64,000 nucleotides of DNA from Eledone cirrhosa (taxonomy: Eukaryota): assembly GCA_964016885.1 (NCBI GenBank), contig OZ024740.1, forward strand, positions 340,690,001-340,754,000, read 5' to 3'. Within the stretch, counting starts at the first letter, position 1, and each line of letters opens with the position of its first letter. Shown here one piece after another: positions 52,167-64,000 of the stretch. The position numbers and the translations under genes are program-made. Under the pieces are notes generated by a model. The model was not told the origin of the DNA, did not search any database, and worked only from the letters and a program-made list of their open reading frames with translations.

Positions 52167-52980
52167 AAGTTTAGCGAGGGTTGGGGTTAGCTCTGGGGTG
52201 CATTATTTGAAGGTAATGGAAAGAACAGTGTCAGGGATGGTGACCTTGTTGGGTGAACCTTTTTGATACCAAACCACGTCAATCTGCCTCTGGTTCTATG
52301 AAACAACAACTTATTTTAAAGGGGTTCCTATTTAAATTAAACTCTGCCAACATAATTTGATATAAGAACCTTTTTATTAAATTATGTTACAAATACTATT
52401 GAAATAATGAAATAGTAAATTCAAGATGGTTGGATAACATCCACAAGCTTGGTTGGTTTTTCTTGGGGATCCAGTCAGCTCAATTGTAGATGGTTGTTTC
52501 TGATAACATCCTCTGTAAGGTGTGTCTGAGGACTCTACCCTCACCACCCACCTAAGAATAAGTGGGCAAAGAAGATGTAATAAATCCTTCTGAATTTTGA
52601 ATGCATTTCACAAATGGATAAATGCCACCAATATTGTCCAAGGAAAAAGCAAGGGCCAATGCTGGTTGGTACCATTGATGTTGCAAAAAACCAAAAGGCA
52701 TCACATCCATTAGTGTAACAATTCCACCAACCCACTGTCCAGGATTAAGACTTTATTAATTGACCCAGAAAGGTGGGATTTGAACTTATAATGTAGAGAG
52801 CTGGAATAAATACAACAAGGCAATTAATCTGACTCTCTAATCACTCTGCCAATTATCTCCTCTTTACAGTCATAATATAATGTATTTTGACAATCATTTT
52901 ATAATGGAGACATATTTTTTTATCATCTTATAAAATTCTTTGAATATTTCAGAAAATTTGGCAAAATATATATTCTTCCA

Positions 52981-53019
<39 letters not shown>

Positions 53020-53397
53020 AATTACTAATTTCAGATTATTTCAAGGCAATGAGCGTCAAAACAGTGAGCTATAGAAATGCTACATTTTGTAGGCTATAAT
53101 TACAAACTGCTTAAATACATGAATTGATTCTAATTCAATGAGGAGATAATGCTTCAAAAGCTTACATTATGGTTAAATAACTGTTTTAATCTCTTTTATT
53201 TTGGCCAACAATGTTGGACTGAATGAGTTTTAAAACAATTACTGTTTAAGGGTGAAATTGCTAATGATTTTATTTTGGTTTGCAATAATGGTATACAAAA
53301 GCAGCATAGAAAAGAGCAAAGCTGATAGCAATGAAAGCCTGGTGTATTATTTATTATCTCACATTTCTTTTACATACAAACTGCTGTGAAATTAATA

Positions 53398-53707
53398 CAG
53401 TGGAACTTTGGTTCAAACTTAATTCGTTCCTAAAGGCCATTTGTCAACTGGAGTGTTCGTAAATTTAAATTATTTTTCCCATATGAAATATTGAGAGAGA
53501 GACTGTGTGTGAAAGACAGATAGATATCATCATAGTAACTAACTACGCAGCAAGGGATGTTTTCCTGTTGATACTCCCAGTTTGTTGCCGGCTTGCATGT
53601 ATGTTACTCTATCACTGTTTGTGAACCAAGACGTTTTATGTTTGGGAAAATTGTTCGTGAACCGATTTGTTCATGATGAAAAGCATTCATTAACCAAGGC
53701 TCCACTG
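53398..53707. mobile_element. TcMar-Tigger-type MITE
   Basis: TIRs CAGTGGAACTTTGGTT / AACCAAGGCTCCACTG (14/16), TA on both sides. Confidence 0.85.
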
Positions 53708-53718
53708 TATGTATAGTA

Positions 53719-54410
53719 CATCATCATCATCATCATCATCTTCGTTTAACGTCCATCTTCCACACTAGCATGGGTTAGACGGGAGTTGTCCCACTTGAGG
53801 CAAGGCTGGTTGGGTGACCGTGTCTCGCTCATATAGGACTATCTGGCAGATTTTCTATGGCTGGATGTCATTCTTAACACCAACCACATTTACAGTGTGG
53901 AACTGGGAACTTTTTACCGTGTTACCTACACGGCCACATTATTAGTATAAATAATAGTATGATGATAATTATTGCAGTAGTGGTATCAAAGCCAAAGAGG
54001 GTTATTGAAATATTACTCTTGGATCATATAGATACATCAGTTATTCTATCAATTGAATATCCTACTGACCCAAACATAGTACAGCTAACTTAGTGAGTAA
54101 TCCCACAACTGGATAAACATCCTACATGAGAAGATTGATTGAACATCTTCTCCACTCCCATTGTGAGACATCATCATCATTATCATCATCAACTTTTAAT
54201 GCCCATTTTCCATGCTAGCCTGGGTTAGATGAGTTGTCCTGTTGTGAGTCAAATACGATCAGGTGACCATATCTTACTCATACAGAACTGTTTCTGACTT
54301 GGTTTCTTCAGCTTGATGCCCTCCTCAATGCCAATAACATTCACAGTGTGTGGACTGGGTGCTTCTTATCATGTCACAAACATGAACACCTTACAGGGTG
54401 GATGGAGAGC
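53719..54410 (-). mobile_element. Two RTE 3'UTR fragments (53719-53940, 54168-54410)
   Basis: (CAT)n start; reverse complement of 58100-58311. Confidence 0.8.
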
Positions 54411-54689
54411 TTTTAGCCATTTCAGCAATATTGTGGAAAAGTGTGTCTAGCTTTCTATGCTTGTATGCATGGGTTGGACAAAAGAGGTGTATCAGTTGTG
54501 GTGATGACAGTGGTGGTGGTGGTGGGAGTTGAAGGAGAGTGTGGTGTGTGTATGCAAGATGATGATTGGAGAAGTATTTGTTATATGATGTTTCAAATAG
54601 CAGCTTGCTTTAGAAAATGTTAGTTATTTTGTTGAATTTCTCAATTTTTAAAAATAATTATTTTCAAAACTATTTGAAACATATAGCCA

Positions 54690-55353
54690 CCAGTGTATTT
54701 CATTAGAAATATGGTAGCAAAAGGGTTAAATGGGTGTTCAGAGAAGTTTTCAGTGAATTTGAATTCTTGTGCGATATTGGTGGAGGATAGCATCGGTATT
54801 TGGGATTATGTCATAAGTTCTGTAGTCTATGTTTGCAGTGAAGGTATGGACAAACTTTTCTGGTTATGTCATGTAAACATAAGTCTGCAGCACATAGTGA
54901 AATATTGAAAGGAGTCGTGATCTCTGTTGTTGCTACTGGTTCTAAATTTCCAAATGTCTTTCATAATGCACTGTCATTCTTTTTTAAGGAGTTGAAATTG
55001 TTTTTCTGATTGAGTTGGTTTGTTTTGCTTTTTGCCATTGATTCATAAGTGTTAACAGATTCTTTGATGATTGTAGTTGGAGAGGCAGCTCCTAACCTTC
55101 TGAAGTGGGGGTCAGATGAAATGGAGTTAGATGGTGTATTACACTCATGGACCAGCATGATTTCTAATTTTCCCATGTACTTAGGGCCTAGATGAAACAA
55201 CTTTCATATTTTTTTAACTGTGATTTCTTATAAAGTCTGTAATCAAGATTGCACCAACGTGTATAAATATATACACATATCTAAATTAAAAAAAAATGAT
55301 AAACATCTTTAAACGATTTTCAGATCTTATTGGACCCTCATCTGGAAACATGT
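54690..55353 (-). mobile_element. Very degraded PLE (GIY-YIG tail) beside a hammerhead-like fold at 55303-55353
   Basis: SAL..IW-like and C..DLCL remnants; minus strand CAGATGA GGGTC caataa GATCT GAAA. Confidence 0.45.
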
Positions 55354-56804
55354 ATTATTCTGAAATGGACAGTGCTTGTGTTAGTAATTAATTAAGATAT
55401 ATAGTAACAAGTGCACTAGCAGCCAAAGTGTATGATAAGGTTATATCTGTATACGAACACTAATATTTTTTATATGCAACTTATTATGTCCATTTCAGAA
55501 TAATACTAAAAGTGAATGGGTATATATACCCATCAAATACATGAGGTGGAACGGCTGATGCCACAGGTATCACTGATAGTTTTTTGCAGCAATGCTTTCA
55601 CCATCTTGTCCAGGTGATGCAGCTGAGATATTCCATCCAGCCAACATTCCCCACTTTTTTTTTCTTTTTTTTTTCTTGTCATTATGATATCTGGCTTTTG
55701 GCTGTCTTAAAATTTTGAAATCACAGATTAGAAAACTTGGAAGAGAGGTTGGTACTTATGGTAAAGAATGGTTTGTTATTGGAAAGGAAGAATCTTTTTT
55801 TAAAGAATTTTTTATATATTAGTTGGTGGTCCTGAAAAGGGATTAAAAATTATGTTAATTGGTTTTACATGTCAGTGAAAGATATCTCCTGTGGCCATCA
55901 ACAAACATTTCTTTATAAAGTTCCCTTCTGAAAACTGCTTTTTCATGAGCAATCCTATAACTTGTATTAACTGGAGCATTACTGACTTGATAAACATGTT
56001 TAATCTTTTCATTACCATATTTCTAATGAAAGAACCTGCCTATGATTTTTCAATAATTATTAAGTTGGTGTTTAACATCCATTTTCCCTAACCCATGCTA
56101 ATATGGAAAATGGACGTAAAATGGTGATGAGGATGATGATGATGATGATGATATATATATATATATGGTAGATGCTGCGTGTAAAATAGAGATGGAAGCA
56201 AAACAGACTAAAACATGGTGTTTTGTTTTGTTAGGGATGCTACTCACTGAGGCAGCTGAATGTAGGAGAAATGGATAAAAAAAACTCTTGCAAATTTAAT
56301 ATAGATCTCCTTGGCAATGATCCAGAAGTTTCCAACAAGAGTTTGGAAGGTTAGAGGGCTTACATGTTGTGTGTTGCACAAATACAGCTGATGTTGCATG
56401 GAAGGTTATTACCTCCCAGTTAGTGGTGTTAGGTGACTTCCTTGAGATGTTTTTAGCAGTACTGCAAGCCTGTATAGCAGAAATAAGGTGGTGGATGAAT
56501 CACTTTGCAGATATGGAACTTGTAAATTTGTTTCTGTGAAAGCTCTGGAAAGACATTTGTAAGCGAATAATTTCTGTCTGTGACTTAACAGACTTTGATA
56601 AGAAAGTTAGTATTAATATGTCTAATATAATTTAAAATAATCTCTGAGCAATTTCTCTTAGTCGTTTAATTGTCTTGGACAAGTCAATTTTTTCCATGTA
56701 GGCATGGGTTGGATGAGAGTTTTTGAGGCAGTATTCTATGGTAGGATGTATTTCCTGATGCCAACTACAAGGGTAGAAACTTTTCTGACAAGAGGGGATA
56801 ACCA

Positions 56805-58311
56805 CAATGAAAGGATGAGAATTAGTAGGAAGACGAATATAGTGAAGAGTTTAGTGTAAAAGTTGGTGTTCATCAGGGCTCTGTTCTTAGCCCCCTACTA
56901 TGTATTATCGCCCTCCAGGCTATAACAGTGGAGTTCAAGACCGGCTGCCCATGGGAACTCCTATACGCAGATGATCTAACGCTCATAGCTGAATCAATGG
57001 CCGAGCTAGAGAAGAAATTCCAAACATGGAAGCACGGCCTAGAATCAAAAGGCCTTAAAATTAACCTGGCTAAGACTAAAGTTCTAGTTTGTAAGAAAGA
57101 AAATAAGGCGGCGGTCCCCTCCGGGAAGTGGCCATGCGCAGAGTGTAGGAAAGCCGTAGGTAGAAATTCCATTTTGTGTCCCAAATGCAAAGTTTGGGTG
57201 CATAAAAGATGTAGTGGGATCACAGGTAAGCTAACTAAGAACATAGATTTTACATGTGGCCGGTGTTCTGGGGCAATAAGTAGCAGCAAGTGCCCACAAA
57301 ATACTAGCTCTTTCAACTGCGCAGAGGGTTCTATAGAAATAGTGGACAGCTTCCGTTACCTGGGTGACAAAATCAGCAGTGGGGGAGGGTGCTCTGAAAG
57401 TACAGTAGCTAGAGTCAGAACTGGGTGGAAAAAGTTCAGAGAGCTTATACCACTATTAGCCGCTAAAGGGTTCTCCCTAAAAATGAAAGGCAGGTTGTAC
57501 GATGCCTGCATACGAACAGCAATGTTGCATGGCAGTGAGACCTGGGCATTGTGTGCAGAGGATATACGCAGACTAGAGAGAAACGAAGCTTGCATGCTCC
57601 GCTGGATGTGTAATAGTAATATACGTGAACGACAAAGCATAAACGAACTAAGGAAAAAATTAGAAATAAGAGGGATCAGATGTTGTTTACTAGAGAGAAG
57701 GCTACGTTGGTATGGTCACGTGATGCGCATGAAGGACGATAGCTGTATAACAAAGTGCAGGGCAATAAAGATAGACGGTAGCCACGGAATAGGCAGACCC
57801 AGAAAAACCTGGGACGAGCTGATAAACTCCGACCTCACACACTTACACCTCACCAAGACAATGTCACTGGACCGAGACCTTTGGCGGTACTCAGTAATAG
57901 AGAAGACCCGCCTTACCTAAATACAAAGTAAAACCTACTACAGTCAGTAGGCATCTCTAACAAAATACACCCCCGTCCCACCACCCCCACCCCATCCACA
58001 CCGCCCCCTTCTATGTAAAGTTATGTTGGTGCCACACCATCCAGGCCGAAACAAATGAAATCGTGTAGGTGTCACGACAAAAAAACACACAGTCTACGCT
58101 GTAATGTGGCCGTGTAGGCAACACGGTAAAAACCTCCCAGACCCACACTGTAAATGTGGTTGGTGTTAGGAAGGGCATCCAACTGTAGAAAACCTGCCAG
58201 ACAGTCCTATGCGAGCAAGACAATCACTCTTGCCTCAAGTGGGAAAACCCCCGTCCAAACCCATGCAAGCGTGGAACACGGACGTTAAACGTTGATGATG
58301 ATGATGATGAC
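56805..58311 (+). mobile_element. Young 5'-truncated RTE LINE (PHD-in-RT), open frame to 57920
   Basis: VGVHQGSVLSPLL, LLYADD, C4HC3, FRYLG, RRLRWYGHV, GRPRKTW; 3'UTR ending in (GAT)n. Confidence 0.95.
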
Positions 58312-58464
58312 GAGTATCTCAGTAGCTCTTAACATTGTGCTCTACATGAAATCACATTAGCAAGAATATGAAACAGCATTATGACTGCATCACTTCAAAA
58401 ATTAGTTTTTACCTTAAAAGTGTAAATTTTCACAATGATTTGCCCATTAGTAAATAAAATAAAG

Positions 58465-58805
58465 GGGTAAAGACCCTCTTCGGTCACAAATGACCATGGG
58501 ATTTGCACCTAGAAAGTTCCCCTCCGAGGCACAAGCCGAGCAAGGTTGTTTGTGGAAGACCAGCAGTTGCCCATACATACCAGTCTTCCCTCTCCACACC
58601 ACCAATGTTGTCCAAGGGAAAAGCAATGGCTGATACAGCTTGGCACCTGTGACATTGCAACTCATTTCTACAGCTGAGTAAACTGGAGCAACGTGAAATA
58701 AAGTGTCTTGTTCAAGGACACAACGCATCACCTGGTCCGGGAATTGAACTCACAACCTCCTGATTGCAAGCCCAATCCTTTAACCACTAAACCACATGCC
58801 TTCAC
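58465..58805 (-). mobile_element. tRNA-derived SINE, family B variant
   Basis: Minus strand TGGTTTAGTGG and GAGTTCAATTCC boxes; head shared with 43545, different tail. Confidence 0.88.
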
Positions 58806-58949
58806 TAGTAAATATACTATAAATATTTGAATTAACAAACCTATTTTAGATATTTTATGTTAAATCATTACAGGATGTTATGAGCTAAGAGGAACTAGTA
58901 AAGAAAGTTCAGCAGAATAACAACAATGTAAGTATTTATAGAGATAAAG

Positions 58950-59560
58950 AAGCAATGTCCGGGTGATGAGAGAGAAGTTGATGTTTAGCTGCCAAAACAG
59001 GACCAACCATGTTAGAAACTTGCTGGTTGTAGTTTGTTAGTGAATAAAGGTTTGTTGTGTTTGTAGGTAGTCAGGCATGTTTGTATGAAGCAGTAATGGC
59101 ATAGTGTTGGAAATGTTTCCTTGATATGTATACAGTATATGTGGTTCTGTTGTTGAAAGAAACTGGCAAGTCATGTCCTAATAAGAGAATACTTTCAAGA
59201 TATTTATTCATCAAAGCAGTAAGTATCTGACATGCATTGTTTAGGTTCTGTTTGAATGACATTTGTTTGTGAAGATTTCAGGCGAAATGAAGAATAGTGT
59301 CATCTGCATAACAGTGTGCTGATGATAAAGGGTCTGGAGAGCCAATATAGGACCCAACCCTAAAATACTTCTAAGTTCGTTTGAACCTTCAAAGGTACAC
59401 ATCTGCCATTCCCTCCCGAGAGATCAATTAAAATTTCAAGTGCATTGGAGTTGGTTATAGGAGTATTTGTGTGGATCTAATTACAGTCATCATTTGCAAT
59501 CATTTGCAATCAGTCATCATTTGGTATCATGTACCATGCTTTTGTGAATAGTTTTAGATG
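58950..59560 (-). mobile_element. Ancient LINE RT remnant
   Basis: HCYADDT at about 59297-59317 on the minus strand; rest heavily degraded. Confidence 0.4.
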
Positions 59561-60097
59561 CTCATTTAGTTGTGAGCAGGCACAAGCATCCTCTCAGACC
59601 TCTCACCCTTAATTCAGTGGAACATCAAGGGTGTGGTGACAGTTAGAGGAAGATAGGGCTACATTAACACTGGCTTGGAACTTACTTTATTGACCCTGAT
59701 GGGATAAAAGGCAAAGTAGACCTTACCATAAAAAAGAAAATGCATAATTCAGTGAGCTAAAATAAACATCATAACATATTTTATCCAGCACTAAAAAGAC
59801 TCCACCAATCAACCACCTCGGTGTGGATTTATTCTCTGAATATTTTTGACTTGAATCATGTGGTCACTCTTGAAAAGACAGTAAAGGACATTTGGCTGCT
59901 ACATTGAGCAGGTCAAGTCATGAGATTATATAAAGGTTCCTTTTAGAGTAAATGTAATAGCCATATGTATGTGTAAAGTTAAATAAGCTGCTGTTTAATC
60001 TGTGCTTAAGCTGAAGCTGCTTAAAAAGCCCAGCAGGTTTGAAGATCCAGCAGAAAGCTAAAAATCCTAGTAACAACTTTGAAGATTGCCATACCAT

Positions 60098-60370
60098 TGT
60101 ATGTATGTATGTATGTATGTATGTATGTATGTATGTATGTATGTATGTATGTATGTATGTATGTATGTATGTATGTATGTGTGTCAGTCTGTGTGCACAT
60201 GTGTGTGTCTCTGTGCGCATGTATGTGTATATGTGTCTGTCTGTCAGTGTGTGCGTGTGTATGTGTGTCTGTCTGTGTGTGCATGTATGCGTATATGTAT
60301 ATCTGTCTATCAGTGTATGCATGTGTATGTGTATCTGTGTGTATGTGTGTATACGTGTATGTGTCTGTGT
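60098..60370. repeat. (TATG)n then degenerate (TG)n
   Basis: Directly visible. Confidence 0.95.
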
Positions 60371-60927
60371 GGACAGATGACCTAAATATTCACTGCTAAC
60401 TGTTGATATGCTTCCACATTTCTCCGGCCTGTTTTAGCAGAGGGATCAATACAAGGCAGTTATCCATTGATTACACAACTCGTTTGTGTGTGTGGTGGTT
60501 GGGAAGGGAATGGAAGAGATAAGTGAAAGATATAAATCTATACAAGTGTCATTTACTGAGTCTGTCTAACAGCATGTCTATGTTTTAATGTATTCTAAAA
60601 TTACACATACACATACACTCATTTATATGTGTGTGTATATATATAATATATACATATAAGTCTAAGAATATACTGATATATATATGATATAGAAGTATAT
60701 TCTTTACCTGGCTTTGGTCATTAAAAAATGTCCATTTTTAGGCTCTGCCTTCAAAGGCCTCAGTTTACTATATCAATATCTGTAGTTATTTTGTACTTAT
60801 TTTTACTGATCTCAGCACGAGGGAAAGGGTATGCTGACCTAACCATAAAAGGGACATAATCAAATGCCATAAACTATTTTTTTTTTCTTCAACATACCAA
60901 TTCTGTCATCCTTCAACCATATTTATA

Positions 60928-61300
60928 CCGTTATTCCCCAGTATTCGCAAGGGTTATGTTCCTAGAGCACCCGTGAAGAGTGAAAAACCATGAATATTGG
61001 ACATGGTCCATAAAAATGCCTATAAATGTCAAAAAATAACGTAAAATATAGGCTGGAAAATATGGCATATTGTTATTAATAATAAGCGTTAAAAAGCGTG
61101 AAAAAATATATATTGCTACGAAAAAAAGCCATTAAAAAATCATGGAAGATATTTACTATTCTGCGAATATGTTGTGGTTTCCATCAACAATTATTAGTTA
61201 GGTTATAAGGAAAATTCTGCAAATAACCAGGACTGTGAGTACTGGGACCACGAATGCTGGGACCATGAATGCCAGGACTGTGAATGCCAGGGGTACACTG
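60928..61300. mobile_element. Tigger-like MITE with 15-bp subterminal tandem repeats
   Basis: ta|ccgttattccccagtattc ... gaatgccaggggtacactg|ta imperfect TIRs. Confidence 0.6.
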
Positions 61301-61311
61301 TATATATATAT

Positions 61312-61433
61312 ATAGGAAAAAGTATGACCCCGACGGCAGAGCTCAAGCCGTTTCGACGGCTATTTCTGAACCAGTCCAGAAATAGCCGTCGAAACGGCTT
61401 GAGCTCTGCCGTCGGGGTCATACTTTTTCCTAT
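61312..61433. repeat. Perfect 57-bp inverted repeat with 8-nt spacer
   Basis: 61312-61368 is the exact reverse complement of 61377-61433. Confidence 0.97.
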
Positions 61434-61508
61434 TACCCACTCTACTACCCTAAGTATTGAGTACTCTGGTGCGTTATGGTCCATCTGGTTCCTTACCACA
61501 ATTCCTTC

Positions 61509-61560
<52 letters not shown>

Positions 61561-61591
61561 TGAAATGTGTGCATCCAAGTGTAACTGACCA

Positions 61592-61716
61592 TAATAATTG
61601 TTTCTACGTTAGACACAAGGCCAGCAATTACCCAATGTATTACTGGTACTTTATTTTATCGACCCCGTAAGGATGAAAGGCAAAGTTAACCTCGGCAGGA
61701 TTTGAACTCAGAATGG
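61592..61716 (-). mobile_element. Family A SINE, 5'-truncated
   Basis: Homologous to 20099-20293. Confidence 0.85.
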
Positions 61717-62136
61717 CAACAGTCATTAGACAAATACCCCTAGAGATGGAGAAAAGTGGACAGAGGTACCTGTAAGAAATTGAGCCTCTACTACTCTCGG
61801 ATGCCAATTGTGGGCATTAATCACTATGCTAATGAGCTGCAGGTCACCAATTCTATCTTTTTAGAAAATGTTAAACCAGTGACTAGAAATGTAAACAAAT
61901 TTGAATTGAGTGCATCCCAATGCAAACTGATTAATAACCACATGGTTACACAGTGCTTCTTAACTACATAATCACATTTGAACTTATATATGTATATATG
62001 ATGGCTGCAACTCGATTTCGAGTAATGCCATCGCTTGATACTTAAGCTTGGATGTGACTTTTTAGTCCTGCTAGGGACTTGCCTATGGCCAGCAATATCA
62101 TGCATCACAAAAAAATGTCACATATCACATATCTCT

Positions 62137-62400
62137 CATCATCGTTTAATGTCCATTTTCCACACTTGGATGGGTTAGACAGGTTGTCATGGTATGAGAC
62201 AAGTCAGGTCAGGTTACCATGCTCATACTGATCTGTATTTTGGCTTTGTTTTTACAGCTGGATGCGCTTCCAAACACCAACCACATTATTGTGTGGACTA
62301 GGTGTTTTTTATTGTGGAATCAAAATGACCATCTAACAGGGTGAATTGGGTGGTTTTTCATTGTGTTACCTGCACGACCATTGTACAGGGTAGACTGGGC
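62137..62400 (-). mobile_element. RTE 3'UTR fragment
   Basis: Homologous to 62416-62700. Confidence 0.75.
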
Positions 62401-62415
62401 ACATATATGTGTGTG

Positions 62416-64000
62416 TCATCATCATCATCATCACCGTTTTACGTCCGTTCTTCCACGCTAGCATGGGTTACATGGGTTGTCCTGTTGTGGGCAATGTCCA
62501 GTCGGCTGACCTTGTCTTGCTCATACGGGAACTGATTCTGGCTTGATTTCTACAGCTGGATGCCCTTCCTAATACAAACCTCATTTACAGTGAGTGCTGG
62601 GTGCTTTTTTGCGTGGCGCCTACACGTCCACTTTACTGTGTGGGCTGGGTGCTTTTTTGCCGTGGCACTTCCATGACCACTTTACAGTGGGAGGGGCTGC
62701 GGGCATATTGTCTATATGATTCAGCTTTGAATTGTACCCATGGGAAGTTGGGTCTTCTGTATTACTGTGTGACACCAGAGGTTATGGTCATGTGTCATTG
62801 CCCTTGAGAGGTGCAATTGGGTAAGGTCGGCCTTTTTCACCTCATCCCAGGTCATCTTGGGTCTCCCCACTCCGCGGTTTCCATCAACTTCTAGTGCTCT
62901 GCACCTTTTTATGCAGCTGTCATCCTTCATACGCATCACATGTCCATACCAATGTAACCTCCTCTCCTGCACACAGCATTTGATTCCTCTTATGCTCAGT
63001 CTCTCTTTCAATTTGTTTATGCTATGCCATTCGCATATATTACTATTACACATCCATCGGAGCATGCAAGCTTCGTTTCTTTCTAATCTGCACAAGTCTT
63101 CTACAAACAGTGCCCAGGTCTCACTACCATGTAACATTGCTGTTCGTATGCACGCATCATACAGTCTGCCTTTCATTTTGAGGGAGAAGCCTTTTGCAGC
63201 TAGCAGTGGCAGTAGCTCCCTGAACTTCTTCCATCCTGTTCTTAGTTATTGTACTTTCTGAACACCCACCTCCGCTGCTAATTCGGTCACACAGGTAGCA
63301 AAAGGTGTCTACTGTTTCTACAGAGCCCTCCCAGAGTTTGGTGGTGCTTGTTTCCTGTGGTCGTTTGCTGCTTGCTGTCCCAGCACAGCTGCTACATATG
63401 TAGCCTACATTCTTAGTTAAACTTCCTGAGATCCCACTACATCTCTTGTGTACCCATTGTTTGCATTTGGGGCAGAGAATGGAGTTCCTACCCATACCTT
63501 TCCTACACAATGAGCAAGGCCATTTCCCTGAGGGGATCTGGGTTCTGTTTTCTCGTCTACTTACAACAACCTTAGTCTTTGTCAGGTTGACTGTGAGACC
63601 CTTTCTTTCTAGTCCCTGCTTCCATGTTTGGAATTTCTTCTCTAGTTCCACCATGGATTCAGCTATAAGTTCCTCGCTATAGTCATTGCTAACTCTAACT
63701 TTGCTGAATGCTCATCTATACATGGTTTGTACAGCTTTCACAAGCCATTCATCTACTCCTAGTTTTCTAAGAGCCCACCAGATTATAGCACGGGGCACTC
63801 TGCCAAAGGCTTTCTCCAGATCGACAAATGCCAGGTAGAGCGGCTTACTTTTAGCTAGGTACTTTTTTTACTGTCTTAGGCATTGAGTAGAATATCTTTA
63901 AACCTGTTACTGACTGAGGGGTCTTTCAGCTTCCAGATCTTTCTTCTCCAGGTTGCCTTCTGTTTCCAAGTTTCTCTAGTTTTGACAGCGAGGTCGCTGA
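62416..64000 (-). mobile_element. RTE LINE (PHD-in-RT), degraded, runs off the window
   Basis: (CAT)n tail; RRLHWYGHV, C4HC3 finger, LYLAFVDLEKAF. Confidence 0.92.

Overview
AT-rich, repeat-dominated eukaryotic DNA with one 200-N gap. The SINE families, RTE LINEs and multi-kb (TA/TATG)n arrays are typical of an octopod cephalopod genome (inference). The only host gene I can support is the 3' part of CNEP1R1/TMEM188 on the + strand: exon end 1-6, then exons 1888-2071, 4570-4624 and 10604-10645. Its intron 2072-4569 is a textbook U12 (minor spliceosome) intron, and its last intron holds a near full-length CR1 LINE. The rest is transposons: CR1, RTE (with a PHD finger inside the RT), CRE remnants, a near-complete Penelope-like element (PLE) with pseudo-LTRs, a Helitron, Tigger-type MITEs, a mariner remnant, two tRNA-SINE families and satellites. 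Most notable: (i) a recurring set of non-canonical hammerhead ribozyme folds, often in inverted pairs, with one pLTR copy ending at the predicted cleavage site; (ii) a G_GGA_AAC slippery site joining CR1 ORF1 to an ATG-less ORF2; (iii) the PHD finger inserted in the RTE reverse transcriptase. All protein assignments are by eye from recalled family motifs; no searches were run, and repeat boundaries are approximate.
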